From assembly GCA_016936235.1 (NCBI GenBank), contig JAFGPK010000020.1, positions 8,413 to 72,412 on the forward strand: 64,000 nucleotides of DNA, read 5' to 3'. The number at the start of each line of letters is the position of its first letter. Within the stretch, counting starts at the first letter, position 1. A program made the position numbers and the translations under genes. This document shows positions 17,729-27,346 of the stretch, in pieces. A model generated the notes under the pieces. The model had not been told where the DNA came from and did not search any database. It saw only the letters and a list, made by a program, of their open reading frames with translations. The DNA comes from Candidatus Fermentibacteraceae bacterium (GTDB lineage Bacteria > Fermentibacterota > Fermentibacteria > Fermentibacterales > JCC-6).

Positions 17729-18235
17729 ATGAAGAGACTCATCTGTGTGCTGCTCATTGCCGGAACCTCCTCGCTCACCGCCGGGATGCTGGAGTACGGA
17801 CTGCACGGCGGTCTGCTGCTTCCTTCCGGTGACGCCGGAGATTTCTACTCGACCAGCTTCCTCATAGGGGGCCAGATACTGGTCCACATGCCCAGTTTCG
17901 CGGTGGAGGGCAGCATAGGCTACGGTATCCTGAAGGCTGAGGAGGACATCAACGATTTCTCCGCCAGCCTGATCCCGATCCTGGCCGGTATCAGGAGCTA
18001 CTCCGGCCCCATCTTCTACGGCGGGGGCGCGGGGCTCTACATGGCTTCCGTCAGCTATTCGGATGCGGTATACGGCAATGTCGACAGCAGCGACGAGGAC
18101 TTCGGGGCATACGGCAACCTGGGCATGATATTCCCTGCGGGCACCATCGACCTGGAGGGAAGCATCAAGTACCACCTGGTGGATTTCGACACGGACAAGG
18201 CCTGGGTCTCGCTCACCGTCGGGACGTACTTCTAG
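17729..18235 (+). CDS. small outer-membrane beta-barrel protein
   Basis: Signal peptide MKRLICVLLIAGTSSLTA. Gly/Tyr-rich alternating strands. C-terminal SLTVGTYF (terminal Phe). Confidence 0.7.
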   Translation: MKRLICVLLIAGTSSLTAGMLEYGLHGGLLLPSGDAGDFYSTSFLIGGQILVHMPSFAVEGSIGYGILKAEEDINDFSASLIPILAGIRSYSGPIFYGGGAGLYMASVSYSDAVYGNVDSSDEDFGAYGNLGMIFPAGTIDLEGSIKYHLVDFDTDKAWVSLTVGTYF

Positions 18236-18260
18236 CCCGGAAGAACGTTTCCCGTAATCG

Positions 18261-18286
18261 GGGGCACGGTGGGCAGACCGTGCCCC
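18261..18286. terminator. GC-rich hairpin between convergent genes (candidate bidirectional terminator)
   Basis: ggggcacggt-gggcag-accgtgcccc is a perfect 10-bp stem with a 6-nt loop. It starts 26 nt after the plus-strand stop and ends 4 nt before the minus-strand stop. No clear U-tract on either side. Confidence 0.5.
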
Positions 18287-18289
18287 TGC

Positions 18290-19576
18290 CTATTCTATGG
18301 CTCCCTGGGCCTTTCTCCTGAAGTACCTCCTGAGGAACAGCACACCAGCCAGAGCGAAGAAAACGGACGATACGATGAAGGCCTGTGCGTAGCCTCCGAA
18401 ATACAGGAGAAGGCTTCCGAGGATCGGGGCGAAGCTGGCCCTGATGGCCGTCATCGTCACGTGAAGACCCTGGTAGGTGGCCTCCTGTCCGGGAGGGGCG
18501 AATTGCAGGCTGGAGATGTCCCAGGAGATCTTGATGCCGGCCATTCCCAGGGCGTATATGGCGAAGGCAATGTAGAACAGCAGGGTGCCGGCTGCAGGCA
18601 GCCAGCTGCCCAGTGCCATGGAAAGCGGATAGAATGCCAGGATGAGACAGACGATCCCCGTGAACCTGAAGGGATGGAGCTTCTCAAGCCTGACGCCCAG
18701 CATGGGTGACAGGAAAAGGATGCCAAGCTGACCTATGACACCCTTGGCCATGGCGTACTGCTCGTAGTCCAGCTCGAGTTTTTCCGTCGCGAAGAAGGGT
18801 ATCACAGGAAGTATCATGAGGAAGGCAATTCCGTAGAGGAAGAAGTATATCTCGAACCAGGCGAAGTCCCTGTCCTCCCTGAACACTGCCCAGAGGCTCC
18901 TCAGGAAATGGGACGTGCCCCGGCCCGCGGTCCTGGCAGCCACTTCCGGCCTCATGCCCCTCGCCATCATGGAGAGGAATACCGCCTGTCCCGCGCCGAA
19001 GAGACCCTCGGCAACGAACAGCATACGGTAGTACTGGAAGTCCATGTCCAGAAGGGCTCCCACCAGCATGGCCACAGGAAGGCTGAAAAGAGTGAACACG
19101 CTTATCCACCAGCCGTACAGCCTTGCCCTGTGGTCATCCGAGTAGCGGTTCTTGATTATGCTGTTCTGGGCGGGAAGGATAACGCTGTTGGATGCGAAGA
19201 AGAACATCAGAAGCAGAAGCATCAGGTTGACGCTCCCGGAGAAGAACATCAGGGCCACGGGAAGCCTTGTGAGGACGCCGAAGAAGAGCACCGCCCTGTC
19301 GTAGCGGCCCCTGCCGTCCAGCCAGTGGTTAATGAAGACCGACAGGAAGTTGCTCACGGGCCACATCATCGTGAGAGCGGTCACCTGAAGCGGCGAGGCC
19401 CCCAGTCCGTTCACGGCTATGTATTCATGGTTGATGACCACGCCCATGGATATTCCCCCGGCGATGGCCGACAGGAGATGCATCCTGAAGCACCTGGCCT
19501 CATCCCCGGATATGGGTCTGAAGAACCTCCTGGTCCTTTGCAGACTGCGGTCGGACATCCAGGGGAAGATCTGCAT
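18290..19576 (-). CDS. MFS-type transporter
   Basis: About 12 hydrophobic segments across the length. Start placed at ATG 19576 (MQIFPWMSD...), 2 nt after the cysC stop. The ORF is open to 19636 but would overlap cysC. Confidence 0.75.
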   Translation of the reverse strand: MQIFPWMSDRSLQRTRRFFRPISGDEARCFRMHLLSAIAGGISMGVVINHEYIAVNGLGASPLQVTALTMMWPVSNFLSVFINHWLDGRGRYDRAVLFFGVLTRLPVALMFFSGSVNLMLLLLMFFFASNSVILPAQNSIIKNRYSDDHRARLYGWWISVFTLFSLPVAMLVGALLDMDFQYYRMLFVAEGLFGAGQAVFLSMMARGMRPEVAARTAGRGTSHFLRSLWAVFREDRDFAWFEIYFFLYGIAFLMILPVIPFFATEKLELDYEQYAMAKGVIGQLGILFLSPMLGVRLEKLHPFRFTGIVCLILAFYPLSMALGSWLPAAGTLLFYIAFAIYALGMAGIKISWDISSLQFAPPGQEATYQGLHVTMTAIRASFAPILGSLLLYFGGYAQAFIVSSVFFALAGVLFLRRYFRRKAQGAIE

Positions 19577-19578
19577 GT

Positions 19579-20199
19579 TCAGACGCCCTTTATTATCCCT
19601 CTGCCCTCCAGCGCACCGATTATCTTCATGGCGCACTCCTCGGGGGAGAACTCGGCGGTCCTGAGGATGACCTCGGGTGAAACGGGTTCCTCGTATGGGG
19701 CGGAGATTCCCGTGAAGGAAGGTATCTCACCTCTCCTAGCTTTCCTGTAGAGACCCTTCGGGTCCCTCTCCTCAGCCACTTCCAGCGGCACCTCAACGAA
19801 AACCTCCAGGAAGTCCCCCTCCCCCTGGATGGATCTGGCGAAATCCCTGTCCTCCCTGTAGGGGCTTATGAAGGCCAGGATATTCAGCACTCCGAAGGAG
19901 CTGAAGAGTTTGGCCACCTCGGCGATGCGCCTGATGTTCTCCTTCCTGTCCTCAGGGGAGAAACCAAGGTCAATGTTGAGCCCGTGCCTGATGTTGTCGC
20001 CGTCAAGGATGGCGGTCAGGACACCTCTCTCATGGAGCATCTCGGAGAGAATGTCCGCGATGGTAGACTTCCCGGAGCCTGACAGGCCGGTGAGCCATAC
20101 GGTGGCTCCCCTGTGACCCAGGAGTTCCTCCCTGTCGGACCTCCCCACGCCGTGATGATGCCAGGTAAGGTTGCTGCTTGCAGTTCTGTCCTGCTTCAT
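19579..20199 (-). CDS. cysC: adenylyl-sulfate (APS) kinase
   Basis: P-loop [14 protein letters not shown] and [10 protein letters not shown] motif. ATG 20199 is preceded by AGGAGCACC. The ORF opens with TTG at 20217. Confidence 0.9.
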   Translation of the reverse strand: MKQDRTASSNLTWHHHGVGRSDREELLGHRGATVWLTGLSGSGKSTIADILSEMLHERGVLTAILDGDNIRHGLNIDLGFSPEDRKENIRRIAEVAKLFSSFGVLNILAFISPYREDRDFARSIQGEGDFLEVFVEVPLEVAEERDPKGLYRKARRGEIPSFTGISAPYEEPVSPEVILRTAEFSPEECAMKIIGALEGRGIIKGV

Positions 20200-20311
20200 G
20201 GTGCTCCTGTTCCTCAATCGTCGTATGGTTTCATAAACGGGAAAGATTGACTATCATAAGCCCTTCAGGAGAAATCCGCTAACCCGTCACACATAATACC
20301 GGGGAGACGCC

Positions 20312-21331
20312 ATGTTCAGCAGGGAACTGATCAGAGACAGCCTTTCGCGATGCCTGACAGACACATCGGAGCTCGGGCTTCCGGGGGGGAAACGGGGCAA
20401 GGTGAGGGACAGCTACGACCTCGGGGACAGGATTCTGCTAATCACCACGGACCGGCAGAGTGCCTTCGACAGGGTGCTTGCATCGGTCCCCTTCAAGGGT
20501 CAGGTCCTGAACAGGGTCAGCGCCTACTGGTTCGAGAACACCCGCGACATCATACCCAACCATGTAATCTCGGTACCGGACCCCTGCGCCACCCTGGCGC
20601 AGAAATGCAGCGTCTACCCGGTGGAGTTCATAGTCAGGGGCTACCTGACAGGCAGCACCAGCACTTCCGCCTGGACCCTGTACAGCGGAGGAAGCAGGAA
20701 TATCTGCGGCAACGTGCTCCCTGAAGGCATGGTTAAGAACCAGAGGTTCCCCCGTCCCATCGTCACACCCACCACCAAGAGCGACGAGCACGACCAGTCC
20801 ATAACCCCCGAAGAGATCGTGGGAACCGGTCTGATGACCGCGGCGGAGTGGGAAAGGGCATCGTCGGCAGTCCTGAGCCTCTTCCGGAGGGGAGTGGAGA
20901 TGGCGGCCGCCAACGGCCTGATACTGGTGGACACCAAGTACGAGCTCGGGCGGGACGCGAACGGGGATATGATGCTCATAGACGAGATACACACCCCGGA
21001 CTCGTCCAGATACTGGCTGGCCGGAAGCTATGAAGAGAGGTTCAGTGAAGGCCGGGAACCGGAGAACATAGACAAGGAGTTCCTGAGGCTCTGGTTCAGG
21101 GACAACTGCGACCCCTACAGTGACGAAGAACTGCCAGGGGCGCCGGACGACCTGGTGGTGGAGCTTTCATCGAGGTACATCAGGCTATTCGAGATGATAA
21201 CGGGAATGGAGTTCGAACCGGTGCCGGAAATGGACCCGCTGGACAGACTGAGAATGAACCTTCAGAAATCGGGGATACTCCAGCGACCGGAGCCATGCCT
21301 GAGGGATGGAACCCCGTCAGTCCCTGAATAG
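20312..21331 (+). CDS. purC: phosphoribosylaminoimidazole-succinocarboxamide (SAICAR) synthase
   Basis: 339 aa. [25 protein letters not shown] and [11 protein letters not shown] motifs. Confidence 0.9.
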   Translation: MFSRELIRDSLSRCLTDTSELGLPGGKRGKVRDSYDLGDRILLITTDRQSAFDRVLASVPFKGQVLNRVSAYWFENTRDIIPNHVISVPDPCATLAQKCSVYPVEFIVRGYLTGSTSTSAWTLYSGGSRNICGNVLPEGMVKNQRFPRPIVTPTTKSDEHDQSITPEEIVGTGLMTAAEWERASSAVLSLFRRGVEMAAANGLILVDTKYELGRDANGDMMLIDEIHTPDSSRYWLAGSYEERFSEGREPENIDKEFLRLWFRDNCDPYSDEELPGAPDDLVVELSSRYIRLFEMITGMEFEPVPEMDPLDRLRMNLQKSGILQRPEPCLRDGTPSVPE

Positions 21332-23521
21332 GTCGCCGGTCCATTCCTCTTCGTCCCCGGCCGGCTCCCTGAGCTTCCTCAGCGTCTCGGAGGACCTCTC
21401 CCTGAGTTCCCCCGCCTTCCTTATCAAGTCCTCCGGCGAAACGGCTCCGGATTCCGGACCGCGGCCATCGTCACCTTCTTCTTCATCGTCTTCTTCACCC
21501 TCTGACTCCGGAGTCTCCGCCCCGGGATCGATCGGCGGGGCTTCCTCCCCGTTCCCATCCACATCCCCATCGGCATCATCACCGTTGTCCGGCGTCAAGC
21601 TCTCCTCTTCTTCCCCGTCAAGGGGGATGCCCCTGATGCTGGAGACTATCCTCTTGCCACAGAGCTGGACGCCCTTGGCTGAGTCGCTGGTTACCTTGAA
21701 ATCGGAAAGCAGTACTTCTTCCTTGCGTTTCCGCATCCGTTTCTTCCTCTGGAGCCAGATGTCGAGCTTCAGCTCCTCCTCGGCGGAGAAGAAGATGACG
21801 CCGCCTCCGTCCGGAACGAAGCCGTACTCCTTGTCCAGGATGAAGCTGTCGACGCAGAATCTCTTGACATATGCTATCTCCGTCTTCTTCTGCCTGTAGA
21901 CAACGGTGAATACCCGCTCGCGGTCGAGAACGCCGCAGTAGAGGACCGTCCCGTCTATGAAGTATTTGTCCTGCACGGGTATGACCCTGTAGGTGCCGTC
22001 TTCGAGGAAGAACACGAACCTGTCGTACTCCGATACGCTGAACGTCCTGTCGCCCTTTATGGAGGTCCCGATGAGCCCCGTCTCCGTGTTGAAACCGGCC
22101 TTCAGGTTCCTGATGGCCACCTCCTTGACGTCTATGTCGCTGAAATCCTCGATGCTGGTCAGCCTGGGATAGTCCTTGCCGTACTTCTCAAGAAGGGTCT
22201 CCAGGTAGTCCACCGCGTACCCGACTATGTTCCTGAGGTGAGACAGGGCGACTTCCATCGAGTCCCTGATGTCGCCCATCTCCCGACGATGGCTTTCGAT
22301 GTCGAACCTCGATATGCGGCGTATCTTCAGCGACAGGAGCCTCTCGACGTCATCATCGGTCATCTGGATGTCCTGCTCTTCGAGGAAGGGCTTCATCCCC
22401 CTTTTCACGGTGCTTCGCACCTTCTCCAGAGAATCGCACTCCTCTATCTGCTTGTAGATCCTCCTCTCGATGAAGATCTGCTCCAGGGTAAGCCAGTGCA
22501 GCTTCTCCTCGCAGTCGGATACTTCCAGCTTCAGTTCAAGCTTGAGAATCTCGATGAGGCGGCCAGTGCAGTAGTGAAGCACCTCGGTGATGGTGGTGTC
22601 CGCAGGGTTGCCGTCCTCAATCACCACGAGCTTCAAGGAATGGGTGGTCTCACACTCGGTATGAGCGTAAAGCCTCTTGATTCCCTCGTCTGCCGTGACG
22701 CCCCTTGAAAGCCTGATATTGATCTCAACCGAATCGGTGGTATAGTCGTCGATGGACGCTATCTTCACCTTGCCCTTCTTGGAGGCGAGCTCGATGGAGT
22801 TTATGACCGATTCGGTGGTGGTTCCCCAGGGCAGCTCCTTGATGACCAGGTTCTTGTTCCCGTCAACGTCTATCCTGGCCCTGTTCCTTACCCTGCCCTG
22901 ACCGTCATCGTAATCCGAGACGTCGATCCTTCCCCCCTGGGGAAAATCGGGGAAGAGCTGGAATTCCTGACCTTTCAGGCAGGCGATCTGCGCCTGAAGG
23001 ACCTCCTGGAAATTGTGCGTCAGTATCTTCGTGGACATTCCAACTGCAATTCCCTCCGCGCCTAGGAGAAGGAGCACCGGTAGCTTCGCAGGCAGGAGTA
23101 CGGGCTCCTGGTTCCTTCCGTCGTAACTGGGAACGAAATCCGTTATCCGCCTGTTGAAGAGGTTTTCCCTGGCCAGGTCCGTAAGCCTGCACTCTATGTA
23201 CCTGGCGGCGGAGGCCTCGTCACCGGTGAAGATGTTGCCGAAGTTCCCCTGTCTCTCGATGAAGAATCCCCTGTTTGCCAGTGAGACCAGGGCATCGCCG
23301 ATGGACCTGTCGCCATGGGGGTGGTACTGCATGCAGTGGCCTATCACGTTGGCCACCTTGTTGAACCTGCCGTCGTCCATCTGGAAGAGGGACCAGAGTA
23401 TCCGCCTCTGGACGGGCTTGAGACCGTCGGCCACGTCAGGGATAGCCCTGTCCTTGATGACGTAGGAGGCGTACTCCAGGAAATTGCGCCTGTACAGCCT
23501 CCGAAGGCTGGTTTCGCTCAT
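21317..23521 (-). CDS. parC: type IIA DNA topoisomerase subunit A (ParC/GyrA-like) with short CTD and acidic tail
   Basis: 734 aa. DGLKPVQRRILW and the active-site Tyr context AARYIECRL. C-terminal ~100 aa is strongly Asp/Glu rich. 4-nt overlap with the B subunit gene. Confidence 0.88.
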   Translation of the reverse strand: MSETSLRRLYRRNFLEYASYVIKDRAIPDVADGLKPVQRRILWSLFQMDDGRFNKVANVIGHCMQYHPHGDRSIGDALVSLANRGFFIERQGNFGNIFTGDEASAARYIECRLTDLARENLFNRRITDFVPSYDGRNQEPVLLPAKLPVLLLLGAEGIAVGMSTKILTHNFQEVLQAQIACLKGQEFQLFPDFPQGGRIDVSDYDDGQGRVRNRARIDVDGNKNLVIKELPWGTTTESVINSIELASKKGKVKIASIDDYTTDSVEINIRLSRGVTADEGIKRLYAHTECETTHSLKLVVIEDGNPADTTITEVLHYCTGRLIEILKLELKLEVSDCEEKLHWLTLEQIFIERRIYKQIEECDSLEKVRSTVKRGMKPFLEEQDIQMTDDDVERLLSLKIRRISRFDIESHRREMGDIRDSMEVALSHLRNIVGYAVDYLETLLEKYGKDYPRLTSIEDFSDIDVKEVAIRNLKAGFNTETGLIGTSIKGDRTFSVSEYDRFVFFLEDGTYRVIPVQDKYFIDGTVLYCGVLDRERVFTVVYRQKKTEIAYVKRFCVDSFILDKEYGFVPDGGGVIFFSAEEELKLDIWLQRKKRMRKRKEEVLLSDFKVTSDSAKGVQLCGKRIVSSIRGIPLDGEEEESLTPDNGDDADGDVDGNGEEAPPIDPGAETPESEGEEDDEEEGDDGRGPESGAVSPEDLIRKAGELRERSSETLRKLREPAGDEEEWTGDLFRD

Positions 23522-25329
23522 TCCAGGTTCTCCATTATGTAATCCCTGCGTTCCGGCGTGTTCCTGCCCATGTAGAAATCAAGCATGTCCGGCACATCCT
23601 TCAGTTTGGTTATCCGGACGGGCTCAAGCCTCATTCCCTTGCCGATGAACTGACCGAACTCGCCTGGAGATATCTCTCCAAGACCCTTGAACCTGGTTAT
23701 CTCCGATTTGGGACCGAGCCTGGCCAGGGCGGCCCTGCGCTCCTTGTCACTGTAGCAGTAGACGGTCTCCTTCTTGTTCCTGACCCTGAAGATCGGCGTC
23801 TCCAGTATGAAGAGATGCTCGTCCAGCACCAGGCCCTCAAAAAAGTAGAGGAAAAGGGTCAGCAGGAGGTTCCTGATGTGCATCCCATCAACATCGGCGT
23901 CGGTGGCAAGCACTATCCGGCTGTACCTCAGGCTCTCGATATCGTTCTCGATATTGAGAGCCCTCATCATGTTGTAGATCTCCTCGTTCTTGTATACGGT
24001 GTCCTGCTTCTTCCCGTAGCAGTTGAGGGGTTTCCCCCTGAGCGCGAACACCGCCTGTGTCTGAACGTCCCTGCTGGCGATGATGCTTCCGGCGGCACTT
24101 GCTCCCTCGGTGAGGAAGATGGTGGTCTCCTCCGACCTGGGATGATCGTCACCGTAGTGGACCTTGCAGTCCCTTAGGCTGGGTATTCGGAGGGCGACCT
24201 GCTTCGCTCTCTGTTTGGCCTGCTTCCTGACGGTGCTGAGTTCGGTCCTTATCCTCTGATTGGTCTTGACCTTGTCCACGAGGACGGCCGCAACATCCGG
24301 ATTCTTGTGGAGGTGCTGCTCCAGTTCCATCTTCACACGGTTGGCCACCCAGCCGCGGGCGTCATTGTTGCCGAGCCTGGTCTTGGTCTGGGATTCGAAT
24401 ATGGGTTCCTTCAGCCTCACCGAGACTGCCGCGATTATGCCCTCCCTCACGTCCTGCCCGGAGTAGGACTCGCCGGTGAATGAATTTATACCCTTGGTTA
24501 TCCCCTCCTTGAAGGCCGAGAGGTGTGTTCCGCCGCTGGACGTGTACTGCCCGTTCGCGAATGAAAGATACCTCTCCCCGTAATCGCAGGTATGCGTGAT
24601 GGCGAACTCCAGGGTCTTCTCCCTGAAGAAAATGATGGGGTACATGGCCGAATCCCCCGCCTCGTCCTGCAGAAGGTCCATCAGGCCGTTGTCGGAGACG
24701 AAAGTCTCACCGTTGAGCAGGATCTTCAGTCCGGCGTTGAGGTGTGCGTAATGCTGACACCTGTCCTGAAGGAACTCTTCCCTGAAGATGAAATCGCCGA
24801 ATATCTCGCGGTCAGGCGTGAACTCCACCATGGTGCCGTTCTTCTTGGAGGTCTCGCCTCCGGTTTCCTCCTGAAGCTCTCCCCTGCAGTAGGTAACCTG
24901 CCGGTACTGCCCGTCGCGGTAAGTGACCACTCTGAATACCTCAGAAAGGGCGTTCACGGCCTTTGTCCCGATCCCGTTGAGACCCACGCTGAACATGAAG
25001 ACATCGGTATTGTACTTGGCGCCGGTGTTGATCTTCGATACGCACTCGACCAGTTTGCCCAGCGGTATTCCCCTGCCGTAATCCCTGACGGACATGGAAC
25101 TGCCGTCGCACGTGACCTTTATTCTCCTGCCGTGACCCATGATGAACTCGTCCACGGAGTTGTCCATGACTTCCTTGAACAGGACATAAATCCCGTCATC
25201 AGGGTGAGAGCCGCTGCCCAGACGGCCGATGTACATTCCCGTCCTGAGCCTGATGTGCTCTATTGAGGATAGGGTCTTGACCTTGCTTTCGTCGTAGATA
25301 TGAGATCCGGCATCAGCTTTTTCAGTCAT
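23518..25329 (-). CDS. parE: type IIA DNA topoisomerase subunit B (ParE/GyrB-like)
   Basis: 603 aa. EHIRLRTGMYIG, Toprim LTEGASAAGS and TDADVDGMHIRNLLLT. Confidence 0.9.
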   Translation of the reverse strand: MTEKADAGSHIYDESKVKTLSSIEHIRLRTGMYIGRLGSGSHPDDGIYVLFKEVMDNSVDEFIMGHGRRIKVTCDGSSMSVRDYGRGIPLGKLVECVSKINTGAKYNTDVFMFSVGLNGIGTKAVNALSEVFRVVTYRDGQYRQVTYCRGELQEETGGETSKKNGTMVEFTPDREIFGDFIFREEFLQDRCQHYAHLNAGLKILLNGETFVSDNGLMDLLQDEAGDSAMYPIIFFREKTLEFAITHTCDYGERYLSFANGQYTSSGGTHLSAFKEGITKGINSFTGESYSGQDVREGIIAAVSVRLKEPIFESQTKTRLGNNDARGWVANRVKMELEQHLHKNPDVAAVLVDKVKTNQRIRTELSTVRKQAKQRAKQVALRIPSLRDCKVHYGDDHPRSEETTIFLTEGASAAGSIIASRDVQTQAVFALRGKPLNCYGKKQDTVYKNEEIYNMMRALNIENDIESLRYSRIVLATDADVDGMHIRNLLLTLFLYFFEGLVLDEHLFILETPIFRVRNKKETVYCYSDKERRAALARLGPKSEITRFKGLGEISPGEFGQFIGKGMRLEPVRITKLKDVPDMLDFYMGRNTPERRDYIMENLE

Positions 25330-25500
25330 TTTATACCATATGTTATGTTGTGATTACAGAGCGTACACACTATGTAGTATATGAACTGAGATCATCAAGT
25401 GCCAGCGCTATATAATGTACCGTACTCTCTGATAAACTACAAGATATGGTTCATGAGAACTCGCGGGTACGGTCCGTGAACCCGGGAAACCGTCGCCGGA
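25330..25500 (-). promoter_or_regulatory. AT-rich upstream region of the topoisomerase operon
   Basis: 171-nt intergenic stretch, visibly much more AT-rich than its surroundings. Minus strand contains TTATAT/TATACT-like hexamers. No Shine-Dalgarno before the parE ATG (ggtataaaATG). Confidence 0.4.
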
Positions 25501-27243
25501 TCAGACGCGGTACGAGATATCCTCTTCCAGACCGGCTTCCCTGAGGACTTCCTTCCTTCGGACCTTCCTGGTCGTGGTTTTGGGGAACTCGTCCTCCCTT
25601 ATCATGAAACGGGCTATCCGCTTGTAGATGGGCTGAGATGAATTGAACTCCCTCACGACCTTCCTCATGTAGTCGGCCAGGTATTCCGTCGTAAGGCTGA
25701 AACCGTGCTCTTCCGCGCTGGCGATGAACTTCTCCATGTCAGGGACGAGTATGATCCAGATCTCCTCGCCCTTCATCTCCGTCTGCTTGCCGGCCACCAT
25801 GCACTCCAGAATGAAGTCGTCCTTGCCAACGACCAGCTCGATCTCCTCCGGATAAACGTTCTTGCCGTTCTTGGCCACGATCACATTCTTCTTTCGGCCG
25901 GTGATGAAGATGAAACCGTCATCGTCGATATGACCGTAGTCACCGGTCCTGAACCATCCGTCTTCCATGAGCACTTCCGCGGTGGCCTTCGGGTTGTTGT
26001 AGTAGCCCTTCATGATATTGGGACCTTTAGCGAGTATCTCGCCGTTGCCGTCGACATCAGGCGAATCGATCCTCACGGTCACTCCGGGGAGCGCTGGACC
26101 CACCGACCCGACCCTGTTCATCGACAGGGTGTTCACGGAAATGATGGGAGCGGTCTCGGTGAGGCCGTACCCCTGCAGGAACGTGAAGCCCAGTTTCTGA
26201 AAACCGTCCACCACGTCCGGCGAGATCCCCGCTCCTCCGGAGATGCACAGACGCATCCTGCCCCCCAGTTTGTCGTGGACCCTGGAGAAAACCTTCTTTC
26301 TGATCTTCCTGCTGCCCAGCAGCTCGCCCACGCTGGAGATGGTGAGACCCAGGCGGTACTTGAAGGAGCCTCCGGGCATGGACTGGATGGCTCCGTAAAT
26401 CTTCCTGTACATGGCCTCCCAGAGCAGGGGCACCGCAAGCAGGATGGTGGCCCCGGAGTTGACCATGTCCTCCGCCACCTGGCGGATGCCCCGGCAGATG
26501 TAGATGGGCACTCCGTGAGTGACCGGGAACAGGAATCCGCAGGTGCACTCGAAGGTATGATGGACGGGGAGGATGGAGAGGAACATGTCACCGTCGATTA
26601 TGTCCACGCTCTGTGCCATCTGCCTTATGTTGGCCAGGATGTTGTTCTGCGAGAGCATCACACCCTTGGCCTGGCCCGTTGTGCCGGAGGTGTAGCAGAT
26701 GGCCGCCGGCCTGTCCAGGTCCCATCTGTCCGGCAGGACCGCGGCGCTTCCCGAACCGTCCCTGATCAGGTCGTCATGGGTGGGTATGCCCTCGCAGTGG
26801 GCCGTGTTCATCGCAACCATCCTTATGTCCCTGCCGGACAGCTTTCCACGGAAATCCTCCGCGTAACGCTCGTCGAAGAACATCATGTTGGCCTCGGAAT
26901 AATGAAGGATGGTGAGCATCTCCTGTACGGGAAGCTCCCTGTCTATCGGGACAACCGTACCCCCCGCCCTGAGTGCCGCAAGATAGGTGATCGCCCAGGC
27001 CACGCTGTTGCTGCCTGTCACACCTACCACCGGCTCAGCGCACCTGTCCAGCATGGCCCTTGCCACGGCATCCACTCTTCGCCTCAGTTCCCTGTAGGTT
27101 ATCGAATGGTAACTTCCGCCGGGGTCAGGCTCACTGAAGGCCACCAGGTCGGGGTACTTCTCGGCAACGGCCATCAGGGCTTCGGGAATGCTCCTGAGAC
27201 CGGGATCGTCACGCAGCGTTCCGCCGGATGTCTCGGTTTTCAT
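25501..27243 (-). CDS. long-chain acyl-CoA synthetase (AMP-forming)
   Basis: 580 aa. YTSGTTGQAKGV, GYGLTE and GWFRTGDYG motifs. Confidence 0.85.
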   Translation of the reverse strand: MKTETSGGTLRDDPGLRSIPEALMAVAEKYPDLVAFSEPDPGGSYHSITYRELRRRVDAVARAMLDRCAEPVVGVTGSNSVAWAITYLAALRAGGTVVPIDRELPVQEMLTILHYSEANMMFFDERYAEDFRGKLSGRDIRMVAMNTAHCEGIPTHDDLIRDGSGSAAVLPDRWDLDRPAAICYTSGTTGQAKGVMLSQNNILANIRQMAQSVDIIDGDMFLSILPVHHTFECTCGFLFPVTHGVPIYICRGIRQVAEDMVNSGATILLAVPLLWEAMYRKIYGAIQSMPGGSFKYRLGLTISSVGELLGSRKIRKKVFSRVHDKLGGRMRLCISGGAGISPDVVDGFQKLGFTFLQGYGLTETAPIISVNTLSMNRVGSVGPALPGVTVRIDSPDVDGNGEILAKGPNIMKGYYNNPKATAEVLMEDGWFRTGDYGHIDDDGFIFITGRKKNVIVAKNGKNVYPEEIELVVGKDDFILECMVAGKQTEMKGEEIWIILVPDMEKFIASAEEHGFSLTTEYLADYMRKVVREFNSSQPIYKRIARFMIREDEFPKTTTRKVRRKEVLREAGLEEDISYRV

Positions 27244-27346
27244 ATCGGCACCTTACTGCAAACGGTGATAATCAAGTACGTTGCTTCAAACTATCAATAA
27301 CACAGGGAATGGCTCGTGAAAAGCCCGGGGAGGACCGGTTCCGGTC

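Noticed and set aside
21306-21899. 197-aa Ser/Pro-rich plus-strand ORF
   Set aside because: Mirror image of the Asp/Glu-rich tail codons (GAA/GAG/GAC read antisense give Ser/Leu/Phe-rich sequence) of the topoisomerase A subunit. Not an independent gene.
25705-27300. 531-aa plus-strand ORF
   Set aside because: Antisense shadow of the acyl-CoA synthetase gene, which has clear AMP-binding motifs. The shadow translation is low-complexity (Gly/His/Arg/Val/Pro-rich).
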